Origin: Macrostomum lignano
Taxonomy: Eukaryota
Assembly: GCA_002269645.1 (NCBI GenBank)
Contig: NIVC01000010.1
Span: 930,001 to 994,000, forward strand
DNA: 64,000 nt
Direction: 5' to 3'
Shown: positions 1 to 12,700 of the stretch, piece by piece
Layout: each line of letters starts with the position of its first letter
Numbering within the stretch: position 1 is the first letter of the stretch
Notes under the pieces: generated by a model
What the model was told of the DNA's origin: nothing
What the model saw: the letters and a program-made list of their open reading frames with translations, nothing else
Database searches by the model: none
Translations under genes and position numbers: made by a program

Positions 1-756
1 TTTCCACATGATTGGGTTGTTAATTGAACTTGGTGAATTTAGATAAACGGCCGAGAATCCAAATTTTCTTATTTATAGTTTGCTGTCTGAACAAAGTTGG
101 TTTGGCATCTTGTTAAACGAGAATATTTCATGCATAGATGTTTGTTTTTTCAGACCTTGATGACGTGTCTGGCTATAAAGTTAGCATTGTGTCTCGACCG
201 GGTTGTTGCGTAACACTGCTGCTGGTAGCTATAGCGGCCAGCGCAGGGCAGAGGGGTGGACAGCGGCGATTTACAGCGGCTGACTCATCATGCCTCCGCG
301 CGGGGCCGCCAATTAATTGTGGGGTCAAAGAATATTTCTTGGATGGGTGGGCGCTACAATACTGTGCGTACACGAAGTTTGGTATAAAAACAGCTATGGG
401 GTGGGCGGACGCTACAATTCTGCGCGTACACCAATTTTGGGATGGACAGTAAATATGGACAAGTAATAATATGGACAGTTATGGGGTGAGTGGGCGCTCT
501 AATTCTGCCAATTTTTGGTATATGGACAGTTAATATGGACAGTTAATTCTGCGTACACAAATGCTGCATTGTGTGGGGATGGGGGCGCGCGCGTTTCTAC
601 GTACAACAACTGTGAAGCGCTAATTATGCGTACTATATTGTACTGGTCGTCGCTTCTGTACAATACAGTGTACACTGATTACATGTATAGATTTTACATG
701 AGAGTATAAATGTCTCACATAATGACTCTGGACCAATTAGAATCGGTCTAATGTAT

Positions 757-3700
757 TTAGATAGGCGTTGAATTTGCATTGGCTCTGACACCCACCTCAC
801 CTCCAAAATCGACACTTATCTGCACATTACGTAGTTGCGGATATCGTTGCCAAATCTGCTGGGGCAGCAGCACCGAATGCTGAGCCCACTGCCCGTCATC
901 AAAAGTCTGGTAGAGCATGTACCACAGCATTAGGAAAATGTCTCTTGGTTTGGTCATGAAGGCACCGATGGTCAGACCGATGGATGACTCGCGGCCGATC
1001 ACGCAGTCAAAACTGCAAAGTTTTTCCTTCAATTCTAAGGTTTCAACTTTTTTGAGAGTTTGTAGGCATTGACAAGCATTTCGCTACCCATTAACACGCA
1101 CGCGGGATGCGTGCTATTGTCCATAGAAAAAAACATTAGTTTAACGAGTTTTTAGATGACCCAAATATTAATTATTAGATGATTAATTTTTTATTTATAC
1201 GGTTTATAATTGTAAATTATAAACAACAACTACTTATAGCATGAAAATGAGGGGGAAATGTCTAAAGCCATAGTTTCTCTCGAAGAATTAGTATTTTTGA
1301 TAGATACGCCCTACTCAAACACAGTGTTAATAAAATTGTTGTTGCCGTCAATGCAAACACGCATATTCTTGGTCGGACGTACAGGCCTCGATATGAACTG
1401 GCCGAGGAACCGGCTCGTCAATTGATTGTGGGGTGGCATTGCAACTGGTGATCCGTCATCACTTGCGTGCAGACAGTAGAACTGATAGAGCCGCTCGCAT
1501 TAGCAGAGAAAGACGCCTCATTGGACGGCATTGTGCTTGTGCTTGGAATATGCCGGCTTAGTGCACAGTTCACTGCCTTGGAACTCCTGAACAGACTGCG
1601 GTCCCGGCACCTGGTTAAATACCTTTTGACCGTCTTCTCACATTTCTGACCGGTAATAAGCATTATGTCTTGCAGCGAATGGCCAGCGGCGTCTAGATCG
1701 CACACGGCGAAATCCAAAAACGTGGGATAAAACGGTAAAACAAATCTGCGGACATTCGATGGAAAGTAATGTATCTAAAAAAGGTTTTTGAAAGATAGAT
1801 AGGTCTTTAGAAAATAGTTCTGGATAAAAACTATTGTTTTCATGCTTTATATTGTTGAATAAACAAGAAAAACCACAAAAAAGCATTTTGAAAGTCCGAG
1901 TTGACCAATTTGCAATTTTTTGTTTCACTTTTTTTCATTATTAAACAATTAATTTTAAGACTTGTAGGCCTTAGAGAAGGCTAATTTTTTTACTACTTAC
2001 AAAACAGAAAGTAATCTGTGTTTTACTTTTTATTCAATTCAAAAAGATGAAGTATTTCTAAGGATTTTAAAGTTTTTCTAAAACCATATAAACTCGCAAA
2101 AATTCATACTAATATAAAGTGCAAAGTTTGCCAGCAAACATCTTTTTCTAAAAGTAAATATATCGCTAATTCCTTGTTGCAAAATAATCTTTAAGTTGTT
2201 TTCTTTCATTTAAATATCAACTTGCATAGCATTAGTATTTGTAATATGCCTATATTTAGACTTAAAAATTTTGGGTAAAAAATGGTACCACAAAATGTGA
2301 ACCCGGCATCCAAATCAGATGCTTACTGTATGCTCATTAAGCGACGAAGAACAATGAAATTACACTAAAACATGTATCATCGCGGCGTGTATGCAGGAAA
2401 AAAGAATTTTCCAAATCGCTTCAGTAGAAGCTGAGTAAAATGCAATTTTCCAATTCTTATGGGAATTCCAATGTGTTACCCGGCTTCCAAATCAGATGCT
2501 TACTGTATGCTTATTAAGCGACGAAGAACAATGAAATTACACTAAAACATGTATCATCGCGGCGTGTATGCAGGAAAAAAAGAATTTTCCAAATCACTTC
2601 AGTAGAAGCTGAGTAAAATGCAATTTTCCAATCCTTATGGGAATTCCAATGTGTTACCCGGCTTCCAAATCAGATGCTTACTGTATGCTTATTAAGCGAC
2701 GAAGAACAATGAAATTACACTAAAACATGTATCATCGCGGCGTGTATGCAGGAAAAAAAGAATTTTTCAAATCGCTTCAGTAGAAGCTGAGTAAAATGCA
2801 ATTTTCCAATTCTTATGGGAATTCCAATGTGTTACCCGGCTTCCAAATCAGATGCTTACTGTATGCTTATTAAGCGACGAAGAACAATGAAATTACACTA
2901 AAACATGTATCATCGCGGCGTGTATGCAGGAAAAAAAGAATTTTTCAAATCGCTTCAGTAGAAGCTGAGTAAAATGCAATTTTCCAATTCTTATGGGAAT
3001 TCCAATGTGTTACCCGGCTTCCAAATCAGATGCTTACTGTATGCTTATTAAGCGACGAAGAACAATGAAATTACACTAAAACATGTATCATCGCGGCGTG
3101 TATGCAGGAAAAAAAGAATTTTCCAAATCGCTTCAGTAGAAGCTGAGTAAAATGCAATTTTCCGATCCTTACGGGAATTTGTATGTTTAAATAATAAACT
3201 TACGTTGAATACAATTTATTGCAAACGAACTCTACAAAATACACGTTGTCAAGAGTAACGAAAGTGATAAACAAATAAAACCTTAAAATAATGTTAAATA
3301 TGTTGTAGAATTATAGAGTGTAACATTATAATATAGTTAAAGTTAATAAAATACATTATTATAGCTTTTCAATCATTTTCATTAGACTCATTTTAGGTCG
3401 TAATTAAACTTACCGTTTTAACAAATCATTTTATTAAAAATAAAGCTATACGAAAATAATTTGTGCTTTAATAGACTTTTTTACTTTTTAAAAACTTGAA
3501 TAAATTTATTTTATAGCTTTATTGCTTTCAAATTGCCAAAAAACGAATTTTCATAAAACTTGCCCCCGATTTTTGGATTTCCCCACACTCTAGTGACTCT
3601 GTGGGAGAATCAAAGGAAAGTAATTTTACATGAACTAGTTAAAACTATTATTTATAAATATACTATTTATATACTATTTATATACCATATCGGAAAACGA

Positions 3701-6700
3701 AATTTACTTACCTAATACAGTGATTAGTGTAGACCTTGCTTAGACCGGCCCTCGCACTAAGTTTCTTCATAAATTCTTGAAGGAATCGATATCCTCGAGC
3801 GGTCTTCTCGGAGAAACGGTACGGTTTTAAAGATTGGCCTTGGAGAGGCTTCGGAAAAAAACGATAGCGAAGCGCAGGGCCTAAACGGGTATATTTATTC
3901 AAATATACTGGAGGGGGTGTAAGATAAGACAGGGGGTGGGGTGGAGTCCGCAACCGAGGAAAGAGGCGAGAACTGAGAGCCAATCAGAAGGCAGCGAGGG
4001 AGAGAGATAAATGACATAACAAAATTGAACTAGACAGATTCTACTGAGACTGCGTTGTCTTTCTCGATCATAAACAACTAGCCTATTTGGAAACACTAGT
4101 CAATCCCCTAGTGCCATTTATGTTGCGGGAATGTTGTACAAATGTTGACGCGCAACAAGTGGTAAACGTTGCTAGAAGCGACCGTTTGTCGCGCAAAACA
4201 ACGTTGCAGAATGGTTGACGCATCAACATTGCAAAATCAACATACATCAACATCTGTGCAACATGTAGTCGTCGTGTCTACTATTAGTAGTATCTAATGT
4301 ATGTGTATTATTCTATATACTACATATATTTCGTATCACTTTCATTCTATAATATACGACGACTCTACTATTACACTTGCTTATGTCTTTCTTTCGCATG
4401 CCATGCATTAATTTTGGATTGTTGTTAAGGAACTTCTACCGGTAGTAACACTGACTACATAGTAAAAAATCTGTAGCTTGCACACAGGTTCAAAAATCGA
4501 GACTCCTACATCTTGAAATAATACGAAAATACGGCCATGACTTAGCATTTGCTAAAAAGAATAAGTAAAATAGCAAAAAACGTTTCGATTTAAAGGTCTG
4601 CGAAGATTAGCTAATGAGCACCATTAATTTTTTTTGTTTTATCGTAAACACATCAGATCAGACGGTTACCATTATAGTAGGTCAAGAAAGCAATAAAAAT
4701 ATTTACTACATTAGATGCGCATGATGTGTATCTTTGTGTGTGACTGCAAGCTGCAACCTGCAGTGTTTCTTTTAATGAATAAAAAAGTTAGCAGGAAAAT
4801 AAGAGATTCGCAAAACTATTATTAATGGCAACTGCTATTTGCATGCTGGCAAAACAGACATGTCGTTCAGAAAAGATGCAAAGATAACTAGAGATCTGAT
4901 GGCGATGATTAAAAACAGCTATAGCCTCCAAAGAGATTCACCTAACCTAGAGCGAGTCTATACTGATCTTTGTTCTTAGAACTTAGAACAACTAGTTTTA
5001 TTAAGCCACCAATCCCGTGAAGTCTGAACTCCTATTTACTCAAAGTTGAGTAAGTGTACAACCGTCAACGTTGATGACTTCAAATCGTTGGCCGCCATTG
5101 TCATTATCTTCGCTGCTGTCGTGAGCGCCCTCGTCGTCAGAACTGCTGTCGCTCTCGCCACTTGCATCGCCGTCAGTGTTCATGTCTGCGCCGTCACCTC
5201 CGCTTTGCCGAGTGCTCCTTGGGCCTGCAGCCGAGTTCCGAAGTTCTCCAGTCGGACGCTGTGCGGACTGCTGTGAGCACCTTTTTCGGCGGAACCGAGT
5301 GCCTGAGTGGCGCAGATGTTCGCCCACCGCGGATTCAATGGCCTCGCCTTTGGCGTCTTTGTGAACACTCCACACGACGTCTAAAAGTAGGTAAATACTG
5401 CCCATTAGTTTTGCTTACCCAAAGTAGATTAGTATCTAGATATGGACGTACAGAATTGATATATATTTAACTAAGCAGCTTAAATACACATTTTATCATA
5501 GAAGAGACAAAATCCTAAGCACCATTATGTTGCTTACTTTTGATAAAAGGCAGCAGGCCAGTTGACTCAAAGCAATACTTGGAAACGCCAGAACGCTTGG
5601 CACCACGGAGACTGAACTGATGAGCAAGCTTGTCATCCATGATGTGGTATAAGATATTAGCGACGGACTTCATTAGAGTTTTGCTGGTAAGCCGCTTGAA
5701 GAACAGAAACTGAAATGTGTGGAATGAATTCGAATGGTAGACTAGAAATTGAATTAATAAACTACAAGACATTACACATTAATAGTCATGTCTTGTAATG
5801 TGTTATATTCTCTCATAAAATACATGCGGCAGTTAAGCGGCATCCAGTCGCTTTTGTAAATCGTGCAATGATAAAAATCATACAAAATACTAGCACTCAC
5901 TGCATCATTTAAGCAGCCTCGATCACTTGTTAGTCGTGTGGCCCACTCAGTCAGTTTATCGACTTCGGTAAATGGCAGATCTTGAAGTATAGGCCTGTCG
6001 GTTGGCTGTTGGCCGTGCTGGGCATTGCTGGAGTTTGCACCTGTACTACGAGACGAAGAGTTCTGCAGAGCAAGAAACTGCAGGTGAAAGTCTTTCACCT
6101 CTGTAGCCAGGCCACAAATCGCACCATGCATCGCGCGCTGGGTTGCTAAAATGAAGAAAATTATCGAGAAGATGTATCAGCCAGTCAGGGATAATAGTCA
6201 GTTAGTGACTCAAATAGATTATTCTCTATACAAACCAGATGAACCTCCGAAACGTTAAGTACAAATTAAAAAGTGTAAATCGCAGCAAAACTCAGAATCA
6301 TGCGGAGCTGAATGTTTAATAGTGCATTACGCCATTTTAATTTAAATCGTAACTTTACTTAATTCTGGAAATGAAGAGCTCGGATTAGAACTTCTAAATT
6401 TTCTTATATCAGCGCCTCAGTAGCGAAAGAAATTTTTTTAGCTGGCTTACTTTCAATCCGCCGCACGGCTGTCACTAGAAAGTCCAATATGTCTGCACGG
6501 CTCGCGTCGTAAACGCCAATCGCAGAGGCCGCGGCAGCTGCAGCAGAAGCAGGATGGTGCTGGATTCCATGCCCCATCGGAGAGGCCGCGGCAGATGCAG
6601 CAGAAGCAGGATGGTGCTGGATTCCATGCCCCATCGGAGAGGCCGCGGCAGATGCAGCAGAAGCAGGATGGTGCTGGATTCCATGCCCCATCGGAGAGGC

Positions 6701-9700
6701 CGCGGCAGATGCAGCAGAAGCAGGATGGTGCTGGATTCCATGCCCCATCGGAGAGGCCGCGGCAGATGCAGCAGAAGCAGGATGGTGCTGGATTCCATGC
6801 CCCATCGGAGAGGCCGCGGCAGCTGCAGCAGAAGCAGGATGGTGCTGGATTCCATGCCCCATCGGAGAGGCCGCGGCAGCTGCAGCTAAATTGGTGCTGG
6901 TGCTGAAGCTGCCACAAGAAGACTGTGAAAACGGGCTCAGACTCGATGTAGTAGCATGAACTGCGCTTGCCAAGATGGCTTCATGTTGGATGGAAGCCAA
7001 ATTCGAACTGCTGCTTATTGTCAAAGGTGGCCTCGTGCCATCAGGTTGAAACTTTGGTGGCGCTGACGACTGTCCAGCACTCCGGCTGTTACCCAGTGTA
7101 GAGGATTTGCTCTTTGTCGTTCTCTTTCGGCCGGTTTTTCGAGTCTCAATGTCGAAATTCTCATTGTAATAGTGGTCGACAACTTGAATTCTTCGTGGAG
7201 CATCTATATCAGTAGAATCAACTTCTCCCCGACTCTCGTACCGCTTCCGCAGGTTGACAGCAGCGGGAAATTGATCTGCATGAAGGGGAATAGACACATG
7301 TACATGTACACTATATAAAATTACATCCTTTATTATTAGCTATGAAAATTCGCTTTCACGTGGGACTTAGTCATCCCACATCTAATTAAACAAGAAAAAA
7401 TATCAACCCCCCGATGTAGATAATAGGAGCCACATTGAAGTACTTTTTTCTAATGTATACAAGAAAATAGTACAATAATTGCACTTAAGACTGGCTTCAT
7501 ATGTAATCATAGGCATATCATATATAATCTACCTATTTGAAAATAATTCTGCATTAGCACATAAACTCACCTCTCGATCCAATGATGTCGACTTTGTAAG
7601 GCAACCAACTATCGTCTGGGACTGACTTCGACTGGTTTGTCAAGCAAGCCTTGAACTTTTTCAGGGGAGGGCACAAGACGCTGTCGCTGCCCTGAAGCCA
7701 GGAACGACGAACGATTTCAATTTCTTCAGTTTCATTGAAGCGAACAACAACAAATGCATTCAGGTCGTTTAGACTCATTCATAGACTTGGCCCGAATATG
7801 CTGAAATAAAAGTTGGAGGGAAACAAAGCAAAGTTAGAAAAGCTATCGGATCGGAACACATTTTCCTTTATTATTTTATAGTACTATGGGTGAAAACGCA
7901 ACGCATATATTTCAGAAGCCTACCTTCACTAAAAATCTGTTAACAAACAGCAAAACCATTTTGCGAAGCAAAGAAAACCATCTAAAAAGGGACTGTCATA
8001 TATTTCGCATGTCTATGCCTAATCATGTCTAGGTCTATATGCGATTGTTGGAAAGAATTTAATATGAAAGCATGAAATTAGTGACAGCGTGAAATGATAG
8101 TATGTTCTTCCCACAAACATTTATATTTTCTAATATTACCTGCTTACTCAGTGGGAGTGGCTAAAAATGAAACCAACATTTGCTGAATGAGAAAGCAGCT
8201 AGCTAGAAGAAGTCAGACAGAGAGTTCATTCAGTTGCTTCCAAACATTTGCAGAGAAATGCTTGATGTGCGTAGAAGCTACGCACAGTCGACCAATGTAT
8301 GTAAAATAGGGAGAATGCAGGAACGATTTTTGAGACTTACAAGCATCGCTTTACCATAGAAATCAGTCCATCGTACAGTTACGAGTGAGTTGCTTAAAGT
8401 ATTGACAACGGAAATGTGCAGAGACATTGAGTCGAAAGTTTCGTCGTAGAGGGCGGTTTGCTGAATAAATTTCTTGCCAACGAAAATACAACCGACATCA
8501 GTAGAAATTATATGAGTGACTACAACTGCAAATCCATCTCGAGTTAAAATATAGCAGTCTGGATTAGCAACAGATATATACGTTCCACGCAATACAAGAC
8601 TAACTTTACGGTAAATACCAAATGTCTGAACTCCTTGCAATGAGAAGTCTACATTCGAAGATGCAATTGGACCGGAATATTCAAAAGGCGACTGAATAGA
8701 ACACATGTGCTTAGGAAAAAAACCGAGAGTCACATCTCTCTCCAGAATTCGCTTCACAGTCTGCTCGAGAGCAAAACGTGGACTGCGAACAAACTGGGTA
8801 ATAAAGCGGATAAAATTTTCGCCCCAAAAGCAACTAAAACTATCCAACGGACCACGTCGACGAACTTCTGAAGGAATATGAATTATTGAATGCACAGTGT
8901 ACACGATAAACTCGTCACCCCAAATAATTGCACATTCATTAACAATGTGCTTTGCCAAATCTTCGGCATAAGAGCAGTACGTTTGACAAACCAAAGGATG
9001 CGACAATAGGAAAACAAACGAATGCAGAGAAAGAAATAATTGATACACAGATTCAGGGACGTTTCCAGCTAAAACAATTGGCGCCAAGTACAAAATAAAC
9101 AATCTAAACTCAGTTGCCTTCCAAAGACCCACGCACTCAATCGACCGTGGCTTTCGTGCAAAATCATGCGGAATGCAAGACGAAATAGAACACAGATCAG
9201 CACTTATCTGACGAATATTAGGTCCAGATGCTCGATGGGGCAAGCGTCCCTTACCGAGGAATTTTAAACATTTAGGAACAATACCCTCGTATATTAAGTG
9301 CATTGGATCCAGAGGAAAATCATGAACCATGTCGATGGGCAAACTTAAAAAAGGGCTTGGTAGAAGAACATGATTTGGGTATACATCACCTCTGAAGCCA
9401 AAGTCAGTTCGTAGTGCAGCACTTAGGTCAGAAAATGTCACTCTTCCATTACAAAAGTCCCCTTCAACAGTGCACTTGTCGCAACCAAAGTATCCCCAAC
9501 ATGCTTTTGTTCCTTTTACAAAGCTGCGTGCTGGTGAATCGCAGGTAATCATTGAAAGTTTAAAAGGTAATATGAGATCTGACTCTGAAGTGACAGTAGA
9601 GACAAATCCATCAGCCATCAAATCACGCAATTCAGTAATACAGTCGGCAAGAAAGTCCGAAGCAGAGAGGGGTTTGCCAGTTCCATAGTAAAGCCCGATT

Positions 9701-12700
9701 ATAAAAACAGAATGAGACAAATTCGAAACTCTACCCAACACAGGCCACAATGTATAGGTAGTGCTATTGTGCACTTTTGCACCATCAACAAAAAGGTGGA
9801 GGTTCAAGGAATCCAGACGAGAGCGTGATCCAATATTGCTCAGGAGAAAGTCAAGACCAGCTTTAACGCCAAAATGATAATATCGCCCTGGGTTGACATA
9901 GCGAAAAGTAAGCTCCCTTGGTGTAGTCATTAGTCCACGATAGTCAGCAGCTAGACCAGGAAACTCGTCTTGTAGATTCTGAAGCAAGTAGTTCACGCAC
10001 GGCACTTCTGGGCCTGTTGCTTTAACCCAGTCTCGAAGCATGGCCTCGAGTCTCGCACATTGGTTGTCATCAGAATGAAGGGCTGATTCAATCGTTGAAG
10101 AAGTCAGGTTTCCTAAATGTAAGAAATAAATAGCTAGAGTATTATCAAAAACTATTAAAAAGATTATGCACATACTTGTTGATAAAATCACATTTTTACT
10201 CTAAATTTTTGTTTAACTTTCAAAGTTACAGAAAAAATTTAAGTTAATTTATTTGTAAAGCAGAAATGAATAATGGATGGTGTAAGGTTCATATTCAGTT
10301 TAGAGGATCAAGCACACTAAGATGTCAATAAAAAGTGTTGAAAGCAATTAGGGGTTATTATAAAAAATAGATACATTCAATCTTACCAACATCATCACTA
10401 GTCATCTCCTGGTATTCAAGTTCCATTTGAGACTCTTCTGTGGGCTCAGGAGCAGCATGAATTCCAAGCTCTGCCATAGGCTCAGTTGGCTGTTGACTTG
10501 GATCTTCAGTGTGACATGGGCAATGCAGCATAACTGCAGCTTCCTCGTAGCTTCTCTTAATATGTCGTTGGACTGTTCGCTTACTGGCTCCATGAACAGA
10601 TGTTGAGGAAAAACCTAGACAAATTATAGAGAAATGGATGAAATGAAAGCCTCATAATTACGCCAGCATAATGAAGCCTTCTATGCCTTCAATACCTTGA
10701 GCAAGACCTAGCAAGAAACTGTCAGAGTATCAAGATCATACCCTTGATAATGAGTACTCAACATAAGTATATGCTTATTGCAACATATATATAATATAAA
10801 TTATAGCAAAAAATATGTTTATATTACAAATCTAATATACAATCCACAAATTTCCTAAAACTTGCATCTTGTGCTTTAAAGAAAATAATAATTGTTTAAC
10901 AACATTGCAAGCTTTATTTTCTCCAAACAGAAGCATTATAGATAAAAAAATTTACTCAAAGTTTTGCCAAAAGCAAAAATAAATCAAGTTGACAATTATC
11001 ATTATGAACAAATCCCAAATACACCAAATTCATCATTTAGCATAGCAAACATTTTTATAGGCAAGGTTTGATTTAGGGTCTAATATAGTAGAACTAAAAC
11101 TAATAAATATAATAAATAATAAAACTAATATAGGGTCTTTAGGAGCATATATAAAAATTAACAAATTAGGTTGAATACAAATAGCCAGCATTATATACTT
11201 TTAAGCTTGATACTCAAGTCTCTTGAATTTTGACTAGCACTTCATATCCAACAAATAACTTTTCAATAAATTTTGTTTTATTTAAATTAATTTAGCTATC
11301 ATTAGCTAGTTATTAAATATAACATTTCTTATGAAACAATCTTATACCATAGTCCAGAAGAAGGCATCTTGTACCCCAGAAATTTCTAGGGTACACTCAA
11401 GAAATTTAGCATACATTGGCATACACAAAAAGTGATTTTCTAAGGCTTTTGGCATATATGTTTAATATTTTTGTGACACACAAAGAATGAAAAGTTATGT
11501 TATTAATAATTGTTACAATAGTTGTCCATGCATACATTACTATAAAATTTGATATAAAATTAATGCAAAACTGAATTCTGTTTTTTATAAGTTAAAAGTC
11601 ATGATTTTTAACAAAAATGCACAAAGTTTACTTTTGTTTTTTTAATATATATAACATTATATAAATATAACTATAACTGTTATTTTTAGTTTTTAGCTCA
11701 TCTCATTTAAATTAAATATCTAAATCACCCATCATGTTCCATCACTTATTCCTAGCAATTTAGATGTTTTGTGTAAAGTATTATAAATGGTATATATTGG
11801 CATTAAAAGAATGTTGACAGTTTTTTTGTGGGGCACATATAGTGTTCTGAACTATAGATCTTATACAAAAAATCTATGATTTGCAACACTTTTTATTTAT
11901 AGTTGAAATTTGCTCTTTAATCATTTCTAAGTCTATTTTACATCCAAAATGCAAAAAAACTTATTGATATTTGCAATCTACACTTTAATCTTTATTTTGG
12001 CAGTCTTAGTCTTACTTCTTATAATAAAGGAATGTTTAGACAAACATTTTATGATATAGAGCAATAGGCCTAATATAGATATATAAATAGACTATACCAA
12101 ATGGTATATAATTGAGGCAAACTTGAACTAAAAATAGTTAGTATATATATATATAATCATATTTATACCAACAACATGAGTTTGTATTATATTTATATTA
12201 TAGGGCCTAGCAACATATTATACTAACTAACCTTAAGTATTAGGCCTATACTAACAAATGTTTGGCCTAAATAAGGCTAAGCATAACATAATCAAAATAC
12301 TTTATATATTAGATAAGCATAAAAAATATATATTAGAAACAGAGTTTCATTGCATTATTATTTACCTACAACAACTGTGTCTTCACTTAGAGTAGGTGCA
12401 GAAGCAGATGGCCCAGACAAAAATACAATATTAGATGCTAGACCACTAAGGGCCTGGTCCTGATTATTTGCAACTTCAGGTTCAACTTGATCTTTGTCTA
12501 TCTCTTGGGTAGTTTTGCAAGTTACAATCAAGTAAACAAAAAAAGCTATGGTTGTAATCCCAGGAGCAAACAAAAAAACTGGCATTCCCAACTTAATATA
12601 GTAGCCAGGCTAAGGCCTAGGCAATAATATTTTTATGTTCTTTAAGTTTAAATTCAAGGGCTAGTGTAGTAGGAAGAGCTTTGCAACAACAGATTTTTAT

